Shown here piece after piece: positions 10,269 to 19,484 of a stretch of 64,000 nt of DNA. A program made the position numbers and the translations under genes. Each line of letters opens with the position of its first letter. Positions within the stretch are counted from its first letter, which is position 1. Origin of the DNA: Candidatus Woesearchaeota archaeon (GTDB lineage Archaea; Nanobdellota; Nanobdellia; Woesearchaeales; SM23-78); NCBI GenBank assembly GCA_016933095.1, contig JAFGBP010000042.1, positions 19,691-83,690 of the forward strand, given 5' to 3'. The notes beneath the pieces were generated by a model. The model had not been told where the DNA came from and searched no databases. It saw only the letters and a list, made by a program, of their open reading frames with translations.

Positions 10269-10796
10269 ATGAGAAACATAGCAGAACTCATCATCACCAA
10301 TTCGCAGCCCACACCAAAAGCCCTGCACAAACTGCAAGCTCTTAATGACGACGCCCAAATCTACTTCTCACAAGCACAAAACATAGCAATGCACTACATC
10401 GAACAAAGCACCACAATAGCTTTATTCGTACGCAGAAGAGAAAAAGATATCACTAAAACCCAAGAATTGGCGGAAACATCCGAAGGAAAGAAGAAGGAGA
10501 AAGCATACAATACTCAAAAAGAGCTTGAGAAAAGAATAGCAGAAAGAATTAAGACAAGCTTCCAGAATGGAATGGCTATTATCAAGGACTTCCACGAAGC
10601 CAATCGAGATTATCTAGTAGAATTCCTAAAAATACAAGGCATCATGGTATGTTCAGAAGAAGAAGGAGAAGTCAAATACTTCCAATTGACAACAAACCAG
10701 CCCGACCAAAAACCCACCATCCATAATCTAAGGAACAACGCAAAAAATAAAATAAGAGAAGTGGAACTCCTCGTCTCCGCATACCAAAAACCATAA
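10269..10796 (+). CDS. hypothetical protein
   Basis: 175-aa AT-rich ORF with a TATA-like box upstream. Confidence 0.55.
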   Translation: MRNIAELIITNSQPTPKALHKLQALNDDAQIYFSQAQNIAMHYIEQSTTIALFVRRREKDITKTQELAETSEGKKKEKAYNTQKELEKRIAERIKTSFQNGMAIIKDFHEANRDYLVEFLKIQGIMVCSEEEGEVKYFQLTTNQPDQKPTIHNLRNNAKNKIREVELLVSAYQKP

Positions 10797-10810
10797 GATT
10801 CTAATAAGGA

Positions 10811-11098
10811 TCAAAGACGCAAAGTGGCCTCTAGGAAACGAAGCTTTTCTTCCGCCTCAATAAATCGAAAAGTTCCAATAAGAGAATTAAGCTTGTCAAA
10901 ATGAGCCTTGAAACTCTCCTTGATAATCTTTTCTCCCTCTTTCTCACCATAACGCTGGAGAATCTTCTCCTCGAATTGCTCGAGTTCTCTCATCAAGACC
11001 TTGGCTTCTGCCTCTTGTTTAGCCAAAGCCTTATCCTGATCCCTAAGCCTCTTCTCCAACACATTCATAGAATATATGTGCCTTTTGAACAATCCCAT
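10811..11098 (-). CDS. hypothetical coiled-coil protein
   Basis: 95-aa ORF with GAGGTGA RBS. Confidence 0.6.
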   Translation of the reverse strand: MGLFKRHIYSMNVLEKRLRDQDKALAKQEAEAKVLMRELEQFEEKILQRYGEKEGEKIIKESFKAHFDKLNSLIGTFRFIEAEEKLRFLEATLRL

Positions 11099-11226
11099 TT
11101 TTTCACCTCACAGCATTCACAAAATCGAAAGTGTTAAAATCAAGTCTAATCATAAAGATATAAGTTTATAAACTTTGCCTTATAGGATTAGGTCTAAGGC
11201 TTTTGTTTTTTAAAAAGAGGTGCAGC

Positions 11227-12099
11227 TTGGCAGAAAAGGGCAATCGCGAAAGCATTATCAAACTTTACCGCAAGGCTTGGCTCGGCGGCTACGCCATCGG
11301 GGCTTTCAACTTCTCGACTATGGACCTAGTGCATGGCATACACGAGACTGCCATCGCCATGAAGGCGCCTGTGATCATCGCCACGAGCCAGGGCGAGAGG
11401 AACTTCTTCGGCTGCGAGGAGAGCGTGGCAGTCTACAACGTCCTTAAGGCAAGGCACCCACCTACGATACTGCACGCAGACCACACCAAGACGCTTGAAG
11501 AGCTGAAGAAAGTTGTAGACGCGGGCTACCCTAGCGTCCACTTCGACGGCTCAGGACTCGACTACCTGACTAACTTAGAGCAGACCAGGAAGGCGGTCGA
11601 GTACGCGCACGCCCACGACGTCTTCATCGAGGGAGAGCTCGGAGGAATCCCCGGCGGCTCGAGCCTTCACAAGGAGAGCATCAAGTCCGTCGCAAAGGAG
11701 GAGTACCTGACGCATCCTGAGCAGGCAAAGGACTTCGTCAACAGGACAGGCGTCGACTCGCTCGCCGTGAACGTGGGGAACGCCCACGGCATCTGGAAGG
11801 ATGCGCCGAAGCTCGACTTCAAGAGGATCCAGAAGATAAAGGAGCTTACAGGCAAGTTCTTAGTCCTACATGGAGGTTCGGGAATAAGGCCTATCGATTT
11901 CAGGCGCGCGATCGCCCATGGCATCACGAAGATAAACATCAACACAGAGATGAGGATCGCATTCGAGAAAGCCATAGAGCAGGGACTCGCAGAGCGGACT
12001 GATGACACCCCTTACAAGTACCTGGGACACGCCCACGAAGCCGTGGCAAAAGTAGTGCGTGACAAGATCGTGATATTCAAGTCAGAGAAGAAGGCCTAA
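11227..12099 (+). CDS. fba: class II fructose-bisphosphate aldolase
   Basis: YAIGAFN, LHADH, SVHFDGS, EGELG, GNAHG, LVLHGGSG, KININT; TTG start after GAGGTG. Confidence 0.92.
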   Translation: MAEKGNRESIIKLYRKAWLGGYAIGAFNFSTMDLVHGIHETAIAMKAPVIIATSQGERNFFGCEESVAVYNVLKARHPPTILHADHTKTLEELKKVVDAGYPSVHFDGSGLDYLTNLEQTRKAVEYAHAHDVFIEGELGGIPGGSSLHKESIKSVAKEEYLTHPEQAKDFVNRTGVDSLAVNVGNAHGIWKDAPKLDFKRIQKIKELTGKFLVLHGGSGIRPIDFRRAIAHGITKININTEMRIAFEKAIEQGLAERTDDTPYKYLGHAHEAVAKVVRDKIVIFKSEKKA

Positions 12100-12226
12100 A
12101 ATAACAAAAAAAAGAGCGCATCAATGGAATGCAATATCCGCATTGAAACGCTGTCAGGGACGCCTCACCCAACATCGTCATGAGCAGGAAAAAGTTTTTT
12201 AAACTGAGAGGTGTTACCTTTCTCGC

Positions 12227-12502
12227 ATGGCATATACTTGGGACCAGTATACGAAGGAAGAACAGGATGAATGGGAGGAGATGAACAGGAAAGCACTGGA
12301 ATCTTATCGCGGATATGAACCAAAAAGCGACAGTATAACTCCCACACACCATATTCATGAGGCAATCCGACCGACATCCTTCGATCCTGAACATCTCATG
12401 CGTTTTAATCTTCTCCATCCGGCCGATAAGAAAATCAAAGCACCAACATCCCTTCTTAAGAAAAGCCTGGATTATCTCGTGAACATTTACCGAAGGCTTT
12501 GA
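12227..12502 (+). CDS. hypothetical protein
   Basis: 91-aa ORF with GAGGTG upstream. Confidence 0.45.
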   Translation: MAYTWDQYTKEEQDEWEEMNRKALESYRGYEPKSDSITPTHHIHEAIRPTSFDPEHLMRFNLLHPADKKIKAPTSLLKKSLDYLVNIYRRL

Positions 12503-12567
12503 ACTTGTCCTGAAAGGGAGCAGGCCATCTTCAGGCATCAAAAAATAAGGGTTATGAGAGAATCGCC

Positions 12568-13554
12568 TCAGTCGAATGGGAAGTAAGCAATCCTCACGGC
12601 GACGTACACGACGTACATCAGTATGAGCATGAACGCACCCCAGCGGTTGAGCTTCTTCTGGTGAGAGAGTATCCATACCAGCAGTATGACTGCCGAGATT
12701 GCCTTCATTGGCAGGTCCCAGAACAGGATTGGGTAAGGAACATAATAAGATGAGATTAGCCCGCCGAGGCCTATGCCGAACAGAGGATTCACGATGTTGC
12801 TCCCTATGAGGGTCCCTACGGCGAGCCCGGTCGCCTTCTTCCTCGCGCTTATGATGGCTGTGAAGAGCTCTGGAAGGGCAGAAGCGACTCCCAATGTCAA
12901 GACCCCGATCAGGCTTCCTCCTACGCCCGTCTTGAGGACGACGTATTCGGTCACGTCCAAGGTTATTATGCTACTGAAGAGAAGCACGAGAAGCCCGGCA
13001 CAGGTCAGCAGGATCTCCTTTATCACGTGGACCTTGCGCTCTTCCTCTGATATCTCCTCTTTCGGCTCTGAGATGTACAGGTAGAACAGGTACACTCCAA
13101 ACAATCCCAGGAGGATGGCTCCATCTATCCTGGATATCTGGCCATCCCATCCGAGCCCCAAGACAAGCAAGGTCGTCACGATGAGCAAGGAATAGCTTGT
13201 CTGCAGGAAGCTCTTCGGGAAATGGACCGTCCCTATTATCAGGATGGCAACCCCAAGGATAAGAGTCTGCTGGACGACGTCCGATCCGATATTCGCCCCG
13301 ACGACAGTCGCAGAAGCGATCCTGTAATCCATATGGCCCGCTAGGATGCCGAAAGACGCGACCAGGTGAGAGCCGATCTCCGGAAGGCTCGTCCCGATGG
13401 AGAGGACCGTAAGGCCGATAAACGTGTTCGAGACCCCGAAGTGATGGGCGATCCTTATCAGCTTGTCGACGACGTAGTTGGCGCTCAATACAAGCACGAC
13501 TATCGCGAGGAAGCCGAAGGCCACGTTGTTCCAGAAAGAATCGAACAGTATCAT
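12568..13554 (-). CDS. Ca2+/Na+ antiporter (CaCA, YrbG-like)
   Basis: Alpha repeats GTSLPE...GANIGS and ASALPE...GTLIGSN; about 10 TM helices. Confidence 0.9.
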   Translation of the reverse strand: MILFDSFWNNVAFGFLAIVVLVLSANYVVDKLIRIAHHFGVSNTFIGLTVLSIGTSLPEIGSHLVASFGILAGHMDYRIASATVVGANIGSDVVQQTLILGVAILIIGTVHFPKSFLQTSYSLLIVTTLLVLGLGWDGQISRIDGAILLGLFGVYLFYLYISEPKEEISEEERKVHVIKEILLTCAGLLVLLFSSIITLDVTEYVVLKTGVGGSLIGVLTLGVASALPELFTAIISARKKATGLAVGTLIGSNIVNPLFGIGLGGLISSYYVPYPILFWDLPMKAISAVILLVWILSHQKKLNRWGAFMLILMYVVYVAVRIAYFPFD

Positions 13555-13615
13555 GGGATAAACTGAGAAATGATTATTTAAAAAGTTTATCTTGAAAGAG
13601 AAAATCCTGAAAAGA

Positions 13616-14224
13616 TTACTCTACAGGGATCATCTCGCCGCCGGTGCTCTGGGCAATCCTCTCAAGATCCAGTTGGGTTGACGTTGATACGCCAACCGGC
13701 ACAAAGGAAAGCTTCACGCCGTTCTGCTTTGCATAATCCAGAACCGTCCTGGTAGAGACAAGTTCTTCGTTATTCGCACCATCCGTCAAGGTTATGACCT
13801 TCTCATAAGGCTTCTTCCCCATCACATAATTGATGGAAGTGAGCATGGGCGTGCCGCAATCAGCTTTCACATCCTCAATGAACATGCCATCCTTGCCTCC
13901 GGCACAACCGCTGAAAACATAGACATCAGCCCCGACCGGAAATGGAAACTTCTTCAGGACGTCGATCTTTCTCACGTCCTCTCCTTTATTGTCCTTGATA
14001 ACGTCGCTCATGGAGCCTGATATGTCAAGAAGATAAGCGACTCCGGCCTTCTTATCAGGGTTCGCCTTGTGAAGGGCCTCTGCCACGGGATTATCATAAG
14101 CCTCCATAAGCCCAGGAACAGGCACGACAACCTTAGAAACATAATCCTCTGCCCTGCAAGACATGCATAACCCGGCCGCCAGCAACGACGCCGGAACCAT
14201 CAACTTCGCAACCAAACTCTTCAT
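13616..14224 (-). CDS. secreted/lipoprotein vWA domain protein
   Basis: MIDAS motif LLDISGSM, CGTPM, TLTDG, LERIAQSTGG; N-terminal signal with Cys. Confidence 0.8.
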   Translation of the reverse strand: MKSLVAKLMVPASLLAAGLCMSCRAEDYVSKVVVPVPGLMEAYDNPVAEALHKANPDKKAGVAYLLDISGSMSDVIKDNKGEDVRKIDVLKKFPFPVGADVYVFSGCAGGKDGMFIEDVKADCGTPMLTSINYVMGKKPYEKVITLTDGANNEELVSTRTVLDYAKQNGVKLSFVPVGVSTSTQLDLERIAQSTGGEMIPVE

Positions 14225-14443
14225 AACAGCATCACCGAAGCAAAGGAAAGATATGCAGTTTATAAAATAAGCGGAAAACAAGAGAAAAGGTCCGGGAATC
14301 CGATAAACCGAAAGAAATCACAGGACAACAGAAATGCTTACATTTCTGAGTCTACTGACTTCATCACTAGACACACTGGACAATCCCGCGCAACCCTTAA
14401 AAACTCTTCTCCTTCGCCAATCCTGTTTCATCAGGAGGACAAG

Positions 14444-15091
14444 ATGAAAACAGAATTGAGTCCAGAACTGGCAGAGTTTGTAGGCATTGTCATGGGAGAT
14501 GGATATATCTATTTGAATAAAGGCAAGTATCTTCTAGGCATTGTGGGGCATCCAAAAAAAGACAGAGCGCATTTCAAGCACATTAATGATCTTATCATGT
14601 CCCTTTTCCAGCATAAACCTACGATTGTCACAAGAGCCAGAGGATTAAGACTTACTCTTTACTCAAAGCAAGCATGCACTCTCTTAACAAAAGAAATCGG
14701 TCTTGTTCACGGCAAAGGTAAGGGAGAAAACGTGACAATTCCACAAGTATTCCTGAAGGACGATTCTCTTCTTAATAGTTTAATTAGAGGCTTATTCGAT
14801 ACGGATGGTAGCATCTTCACGTCCAACAAGAAAGGAGCACCCGATTATCCCACAATAGAATTGACAACCACAAGCATCCGCTTAGCAGAACAAGTCAGAG
14901 ACATTCTCATAAAAAAAGGCTTCAGGGTGGCTAATGTCCGGAGGTACAAATCAAAAAGAAGCGTTCTGGATACACACAAAGTCTCGTTGTACGGACATAA
15001 GAACATGATGTTATGGAGAGAAATAATCGGATTCTCCAACTCTTACAAGCAAGAGAGATTAAGAAGAATAAGTGGGTCGGGCGTGATTTGA
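14444..15091 (+). CDS. free-standing LAGLIDADG-type homing endonuclease-like protein
   Basis: Two motifs, LAEFVGIVMGDG and LIRGLFDTDGS; no intein splice motifs; stop codon lies inside the antisense tRNA. Confidence 0.85.
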   Translation: MKTELSPELAEFVGIVMGDGYIYLNKGKYLLGIVGHPKKDRAHFKHINDLIMSLFQHKPTIVTRARGLRLTLYSKQACTLLTKEIGLVHGKGKGENVTIPQVFLKDDSLLNSLIRGLFDTDGSIFTSNKKGAPDYPTIELTTTSIRLAEQVRDILIKKGFRVANVRRYKSKRSVLDTHKVSLYGHKNMMLWREIIGFSNSYKQERLRRISGSGVI

Positions 15092-15236
15092 ACACGCGAC
15101 ATTCCGTGCCAGACACCATTCCTGTTATCTGACTCCACGGTCTTCAGCCGTCTAAGCTGCAAATCCGGTTTCCCTGAAATGCATGTGCTCTCCTTAGACG
15201 AGTGATGATCCAGCTCTCAGTCTGAGCTACCGACCC
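15073..15236 (-). tRNA. tRNA-Phe(GAA) with three non-canonical introns
   Basis: Removing 15194-15217, 15152-15184 and 15102-15134 (each with a bulge-helix-bulge) gives a 74-nt cloverleaf GGGTCGGTAGCTCAGACTGGGAGAGCACACGGCTGAAGACCGTGGTGTCGCGTGTTCAAATCACGCCCGACCCA. Confidence 0.9.
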
Positions 15237-15260
15237 GTTATGCTAAGTAAAAATAGTTTC

Positions 15261-15268
15261 TTTATAAA
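15261..15268 (-). promoter_or_regulatory. TATA box of tRNA-Phe
   Basis: TTTATAAA about 25 bp upstream of the tRNA 5' end. Confidence 0.55.
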
Positions 15269-15284
15269 GCTTACTCAAAAAATA

Positions 15285-15674
15285 TTATCGGGCGTTCATA
15301 TCCATATAAGCATATCCCTCGCAGCCATCGGGTTTCAGATGCGCGATGACATCATTTGTTGTGCTGTAACCTACGAAGGACTTTAATCGGTCGCGTAATG
15401 TTTGTCTGCGCGAGAATTCCAGTATGGTTCCATGAAGTATGTTTTTGTATTCTTCAGAAACGTCTTTCACTTGCCAACCCGCCCGCCGGTATCTTTCCAC
15501 AAAATAGCCGCTTAATACACTTCCAGGGATAAGCGTATGTTCTAATACAATGCGTACGGTCGTCTTATCGAGCGGTTTGCCGCTTAACTTTCGTATAAGC
15601 GCCGAATCGACTCTTTCCGTCAGCTCTTGCCATTGTTGTTCCCCGGCCAAAGCTTCTTCTGGTGTCACAACCAT
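15285..15674 (-). CDS. hypothetical protein
   Basis: 129-aa ORF with GAGGTGA RBS. Confidence 0.55.
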   Translation of the reverse strand: MVVTPEEALAGEQQWQELTERVDSALIRKLSGKPLDKTTVRIVLEHTLIPGSVLSGYFVERYRRAGWQVKDVSEEYKNILHGTILEFSRRQTLRDRLKSFVGYSTTNDVIAHLKPDGCEGYAYMDMNAR

Positions 15675-15703
15675 TTTCGCATATCCCTCACCTCTTATGA
15701 CAA

Positions 15704-17323
15704 TTAAATGCCCTCGAACTTCTTCTCGCCTGCGAGGAGCTTCCTGATGACGTCCTTCAGCTCGGATGTCTTCACTCTCACCTGCTTCTCAGTGTCCCTG
15801 TCTCGAAGAGTGACTGTCTCTTCCCCTTCGAGCGTCTCGTAGTCGACTGTGATGCAGTAGGCAGTCCCTGCCTCTGCGGCGCGCAGGTATCTCCGTCCGA
15901 TGGCTCCGGTCTCGTCGTAAGAGCATACCATGTCTTTCCTTAAATCCTGGAATATCGCCATCGCGACCTTGACCAGCTCCGGCTTCTTCATCAATGGGAA
16001 GACCGATACTGGTATCGGACTCATCTGGTATGGTATCTTAAGCGTAGTCTTCCCTTCGTCGACCGCTTTCTGGTCGTAGAAGTTGTCCAGGATGGCGAAC
16101 GTCGGCCTGTCAGAGCCGAACGCTATCTCGAGCACGTGAGGGATGTACTTCTCTTTTGATTCCTCGTCGAATGACTTGAGCTCTGTGCCGCTGAACTTGG
16201 CGTGCTGGGTGAGGTCGTAGTCAGTCCTGTCGTGCACTCCGCACATCTCTACCCATCCGAAGCTCTTGGTCTTGACTTCCACGTCCCATGCGTCGTCGGC
16301 GTAGAACGCCTTCTCATCCGGGAAGTGTTGCCTCATCCTGATGTGGCTGTCTGGTATGCCAATGTTCTTGAAGAACTTGTAAGCGAGATTGATTGCCCAG
16401 GCGTATGCCTGGCTCTTGAAGTATTTCTTCTCAAGCGCGTGCTTGAGTGAGATCTTCTTGACTGCTTCTGCTTTCTCCTGGCTCTTGTAGTCCCAGAGCG
16501 GCAGCTCGTCATTTGCGACTGCCTTGAAGCGGTCGAAGTTGTTCTTGAGCTCTTTCTTTATGAAGAACTGCGCTTCTGCCTGCGTGAACTCGCGCCCCCG
16601 TACTACGTGCTGCCTCGGGCTGATCTCGTTCCTGAAGGCTTTTCCGATCTGGAAGACTCCGAAGGCCGGCTTCTTCCTGAAGTAGTCGACATACCTTAGG
16701 AAGGGCAGGTATGTGGTAGTCGCGGTCTCTGGCCGATTGTAGGCTTCTGTGTCGATGCCTATCGTGGTCCTCATCATGAGGTCGTGGTTCTTGATCTCTT
16801 CCTTGAGCGCTCCGCCGCACGACGGGCAGGCAATCTTGTGCTTCTTTATGAAATCCAGGAACTGCTTGTGCTCCTTGAAGTGCCTGGTCTCAGGGTTATC
16901 CCCCAACAGGTGGTCTAGCCTGTGGTTGGCGTTGCATTTTGAACAGGTGATGATTGCGTCTGAGAATCCTGCGAGGTGGCCTGATGCCTCCCATACTTTC
17001 CGCTCCATCACGATCGGGCACTCAACCTCTAAGAAGCTCTCTGATCCAAAGGTCTTCCTGATCATGTTCTCGACGTTGTTCTTGAGGAGCTTTCCTAAAG
17101 GCCCGTATGTGTAGAATCCTGCGACGCCGCCATATATCTCTGGCTCGGGCCCCCAGACAAATCCCTTCCTCTGCAGGAAGCTTACGAGTTCCTGGACAGG
17201 GTCGGCCTTGACAGGCTTAGCTGGCTTTGGAGCGTTCTCAGGCTTTGCCTTGTGCTCTGCCTCGTGTTCCTTGGCGTGCTCTTTGTGAGCCTCCTTGGCG
17301 TGGGGCTCATTCTTATCCGTCAT
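15704..17323 (-). CDS. glyS: glycine--tRNA ligase (alpha2, archaeal/eukaryotic type)
   Basis: EIYGGVAGFYTYGPLG, RPETA, QIGKAFRNEISPR, REFTQAEAQ, IGRRYLR anticodon-binding domain. Confidence 0.95.
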   Translation of the reverse strand: MTDKNEPHAKEAHKEHAKEHEAEHKAKPENAPKPAKPVKADPVQELVSFLQRKGFVWGPEPEIYGGVAGFYTYGPLGKLLKNNVENMIRKTFGSESFLEVECPIVMERKVWEASGHLAGFSDAIITCSKCNANHRLDHLLGDNPETRHFKEHKQFLDFIKKHKIACPSCGGALKEEIKNHDLMMRTTIGIDTEAYNRPETATTTYLPFLRYVDYFRKKPAFGVFQIGKAFRNEISPRQHVVRGREFTQAEAQFFIKKELKNNFDRFKAVANDELPLWDYKSQEKAEAVKKISLKHALEKKYFKSQAYAWAINLAYKFFKNIGIPDSHIRMRQHFPDEKAFYADDAWDVEVKTKSFGWVEMCGVHDRTDYDLTQHAKFSGTELKSFDEESKEKYIPHVLEIAFGSDRPTFAILDNFYDQKAVDEGKTTLKIPYQMSPIPVSVFPLMKKPELVKVAMAIFQDLRKDMVCSYDETGAIGRRYLRAAEAGTAYCITVDYETLEGEETVTLRDRDTEKQVRVKTSELKDVIRKLLAGEKKFEGI

Positions 17324-17403
17324 AGAGGTCAAAGAGTCGGGAGGCTTTTATAAAACTTATCACTTTTGGCAATAAGAATGTGAAACGCGCTGGGTTTTAT
17401 CCC

Positions 17404-18093
17404 TTATAAGTCTGGCAGGTAATATCTTCTTATGGCCTGGTAGACGTCTCTTATGAAATTGTTGTATAAGCTCAGATTGGCTTGTCTTATACCCTCCTCT
17501 TCCTCACGGGTTAGTGGGCGGCGGCCTGGTTTTTGTTCAGGAGGCTTTCCGTTCCAGCGAGAAGCTTTCCCAATCTCATGGATCGTCAGCTGGAGATAAT
17601 CATCCTTCTCAGGATTGATCACGCCAAAGGGTGGATTGTCGTTTATGATAAGGTTAATCTTGTCAGAGTTATACTCGATCGTGAGGCCTCCTTCTTGCTC
17701 AGGAGGATGAATGATGGCCACCTGGAGGAGTCTATCTTTCAGCATGGAGGTAACGTCTTTCTTCCCATAGTAATAGTTGTTGAATCCGCTTGCCTTCAGC
17801 GCGTTGTAGTCTTTCCGGTTCAATACGACTAGTGCATCTGTCAGATCACACCCACACCCATGCCTCTGGTGGAAGGCCTCGTAGAATATCTTGATGTAGC
17901 CTATCTTCTCCCCAATGGACATGAAGTCAGAATCCGGGCGGAAGAGCTTTATGTGGGGCGACTGCTTGGCTTCCTCCATAGAGTGCTGGGGCGGCATTCC
18001 TGCATGAAGATTGTTCGTCTTGCTCGCAGAAGCGTTTCCTCCCAGAGAGATCGATCCGATGGCAAGAGCTGCTGATACCAAGTATCTGTTCAT
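17404..18093 (-). CDS. secreted hypothetical protein
   Basis: Signal-peptide-like N-terminus, GAGGTGA RBS. Confidence 0.6.
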   Translation of the reverse strand: MNRYLVSAALAIGSISLGGNASASKTNNLHAGMPPQHSMEEAKQSPHIKLFRPDSDFMSIGEKIGYIKIFYEAFHQRHGCGCDLTDALVVLNRKDYNALKASGFNNYYYGKKDVTSMLKDRLLQVAIIHPPEQEGGLTIEYNSDKINLIINDNPPFGVINPEKDDYLQLTIHEIGKASRWNGKPPEQKPGRRPLTREEEEGIRQANLSLYNNFIRDVYQAIRRYYLPDL

Positions 18094-18158
18094 ATACGCT
18101 GCTCCCTCACCTCTTGTGATAAATGGAAAATAAGATTAAAATATTTTATGATTCGGGA

Positions 18159-18704
18159 TCACTTCAGCTCTGGCTGGGTGACTTCCCAGTCTACGAACCT
18201 GAAGAGCGGCGCCCTGTTCTTGTTGAGCACTGTTATGGTCAGCTCTCCGGAGTCTGTCTCTCCGAAGCTGTCGGTGCAGACGATGTGGACCTTGTAGGTG
18301 CCTGCATCATCATAGGTCGTCACTGTGACTTTCTTGTCTGTCCATCCGCTGTAGGTGTAGTTCACCGGGTCTTCGTCCACGCAAGTGTCTGGTATGATTA
18401 CCTTCTCTGTCTCGTAGACTGTGATGGTTCCTGGGTTGTTGGTCATCTGGGGTGGCTCGTTTCTCAGGCATGCATCTCCGAGGTCTACCCACCTGTTGAC
18501 TCCGACTCGGACTCCGTCGCACTCTGTCTTTGTGACGTTGCAGCTTCCGTAGCCGTAGTAATAATAGCAGTCTTCCCTTAATGGGTTGTATCTTGTGTGT
18601 GGCACGACGCCCGGAGTGTATTCGTAGCCTTTAGCTGCCCATACTGCGCTTGCCAGTGCCATTACAAGTAGAATGATTGTGATCGTTTTTGTTATGCCGC
18701 TCAT
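18159..18704 (-). CDS. secreted protein with a PKD/Ig-like domain
   Basis: Signal peptide; NEPP...DEDPVNYTYSGW...DAGTY.V....D...NRAP. Confidence 0.7.
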   Translation of the reverse strand: MSGITKTITIILLVMALASAVWAAKGYEYTPGVVPHTRYNPLREDCYYYYGYGSCNVTKTECDGVRVGVNRWVDLGDACLRNEPPQMTNNPGTITVYETEKVIIPDTCVDEDPVNYTYSGWTDKKVTVTTYDDAGTYKVHIVCTDSFGETDSGELTITVLNKNRAPLFRFVDWEVTQPELK

Positions 18705-18858
18705 GTTATAACCCCATAAATTATTTACTCAATAGTGGTGTTTTTAATCCTGGAACGAATCCGGTCTTTATAAAGGTTATTGTTTCAGAAGGAAATCTCC
18801 GACATCCTCAAGTCGCCCAGGGTCGAACTAAAAGAACTCCGCCAGGTTGAAAGAAATT

Positions 18859-19197
18859 CTAGAAACCCCCCTCCCCAACCGCCTTAAGTATCGCTTTTAT
18901 CTCGTCAATGGTCTTCTGCTGGTGGTTCTTCTTTGACATCTTGACGAACCTTATCAAAAGCTCTTCTATCTTCCCTTTGGAGAAGAGGATCAGCCTGTGG
19001 CCGTCCAGAATAAAATAGAACCTGAAGCTCTCATATTTAAGCTCCCTTATACTCACGCTCCCGACGTGGCCCAGGACCTTTCCTTTTGAAGGGTTTGCCT
19101 TGAGCGCCTCCATGAGAGAATACACCTTCAAGGATTCCTTCTTGAAAGTCTTGTATATCTCATCCCTCAGAGAGTGAAGGACAATGATCTTTATCAT
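18859..19197 (-). CDS. putative RelE-like toxin
   Basis: LKANPSKGK...IRELKYESFRFYF; ATGA overlap with the upstream small gene. Confidence 0.6.
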   Translation of the reverse strand: MIKIIVLHSLRDEIYKTFKKESLKVYSLMEALKANPSKGKVLGHVGSVSIRELKYESFRFYFILDGHRLILFSKGKIEELLIRFVKMSKKNHQQKTIDEIKAILKAVGEGGF

Positions 19198-19400
19198 CGG
19201 CCCTTGAGCTTCAGCCTTGTCCATTCTTTGGCCTCTTCAAGAGAGGAGAACTCGTTCTCGTCGACAAACCGCCTTAGCTCTTCCTGAAGCATTATCGTGT
19301 TGTGCATCCTTCTTATGACGTCATCGTAGTTCTCTGATTTCTTGCCAAAATCAAGCAGCACGTCCCTTGTCTCTCTTGAAATCGATATCGTAGTATTCAT
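19194..19400 (-). CDS. putative antitoxin (RHH/VapB-like)
   Basis: MNTTISISRETRDVL..FG.KSENYDDVIRR, typical of archaeal antitoxins. Confidence 0.65.
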   Translation of the reverse strand: MNTTISISRETRDVLLDFGKKSENYDDVIRRMHNTIMLQEELRRFVDENEFSSLEEAKEWTRLKLKGR

Positions 19401-19484
19401 AATGAGATATAACAATTATATTTATTTATATTTTTCGGTTTCCGCATGAAACCGAACAAGAACCACAATTCTACTTTCGGTGCA

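Noticed and set aside
10170..10358. N-terminal extension of Mre11 in the ORF track
   Set aside because: It runs through the AT-rich divergent promoter and overlaps the next gene; the first nuclease motif begins at the ATG at 10169
14444..15091. Intein or intron-encoded endonuclease
   Set aside because: No splice-junction residues or host gene; it has its own RBS/ATG and lies outside the tRNA introns
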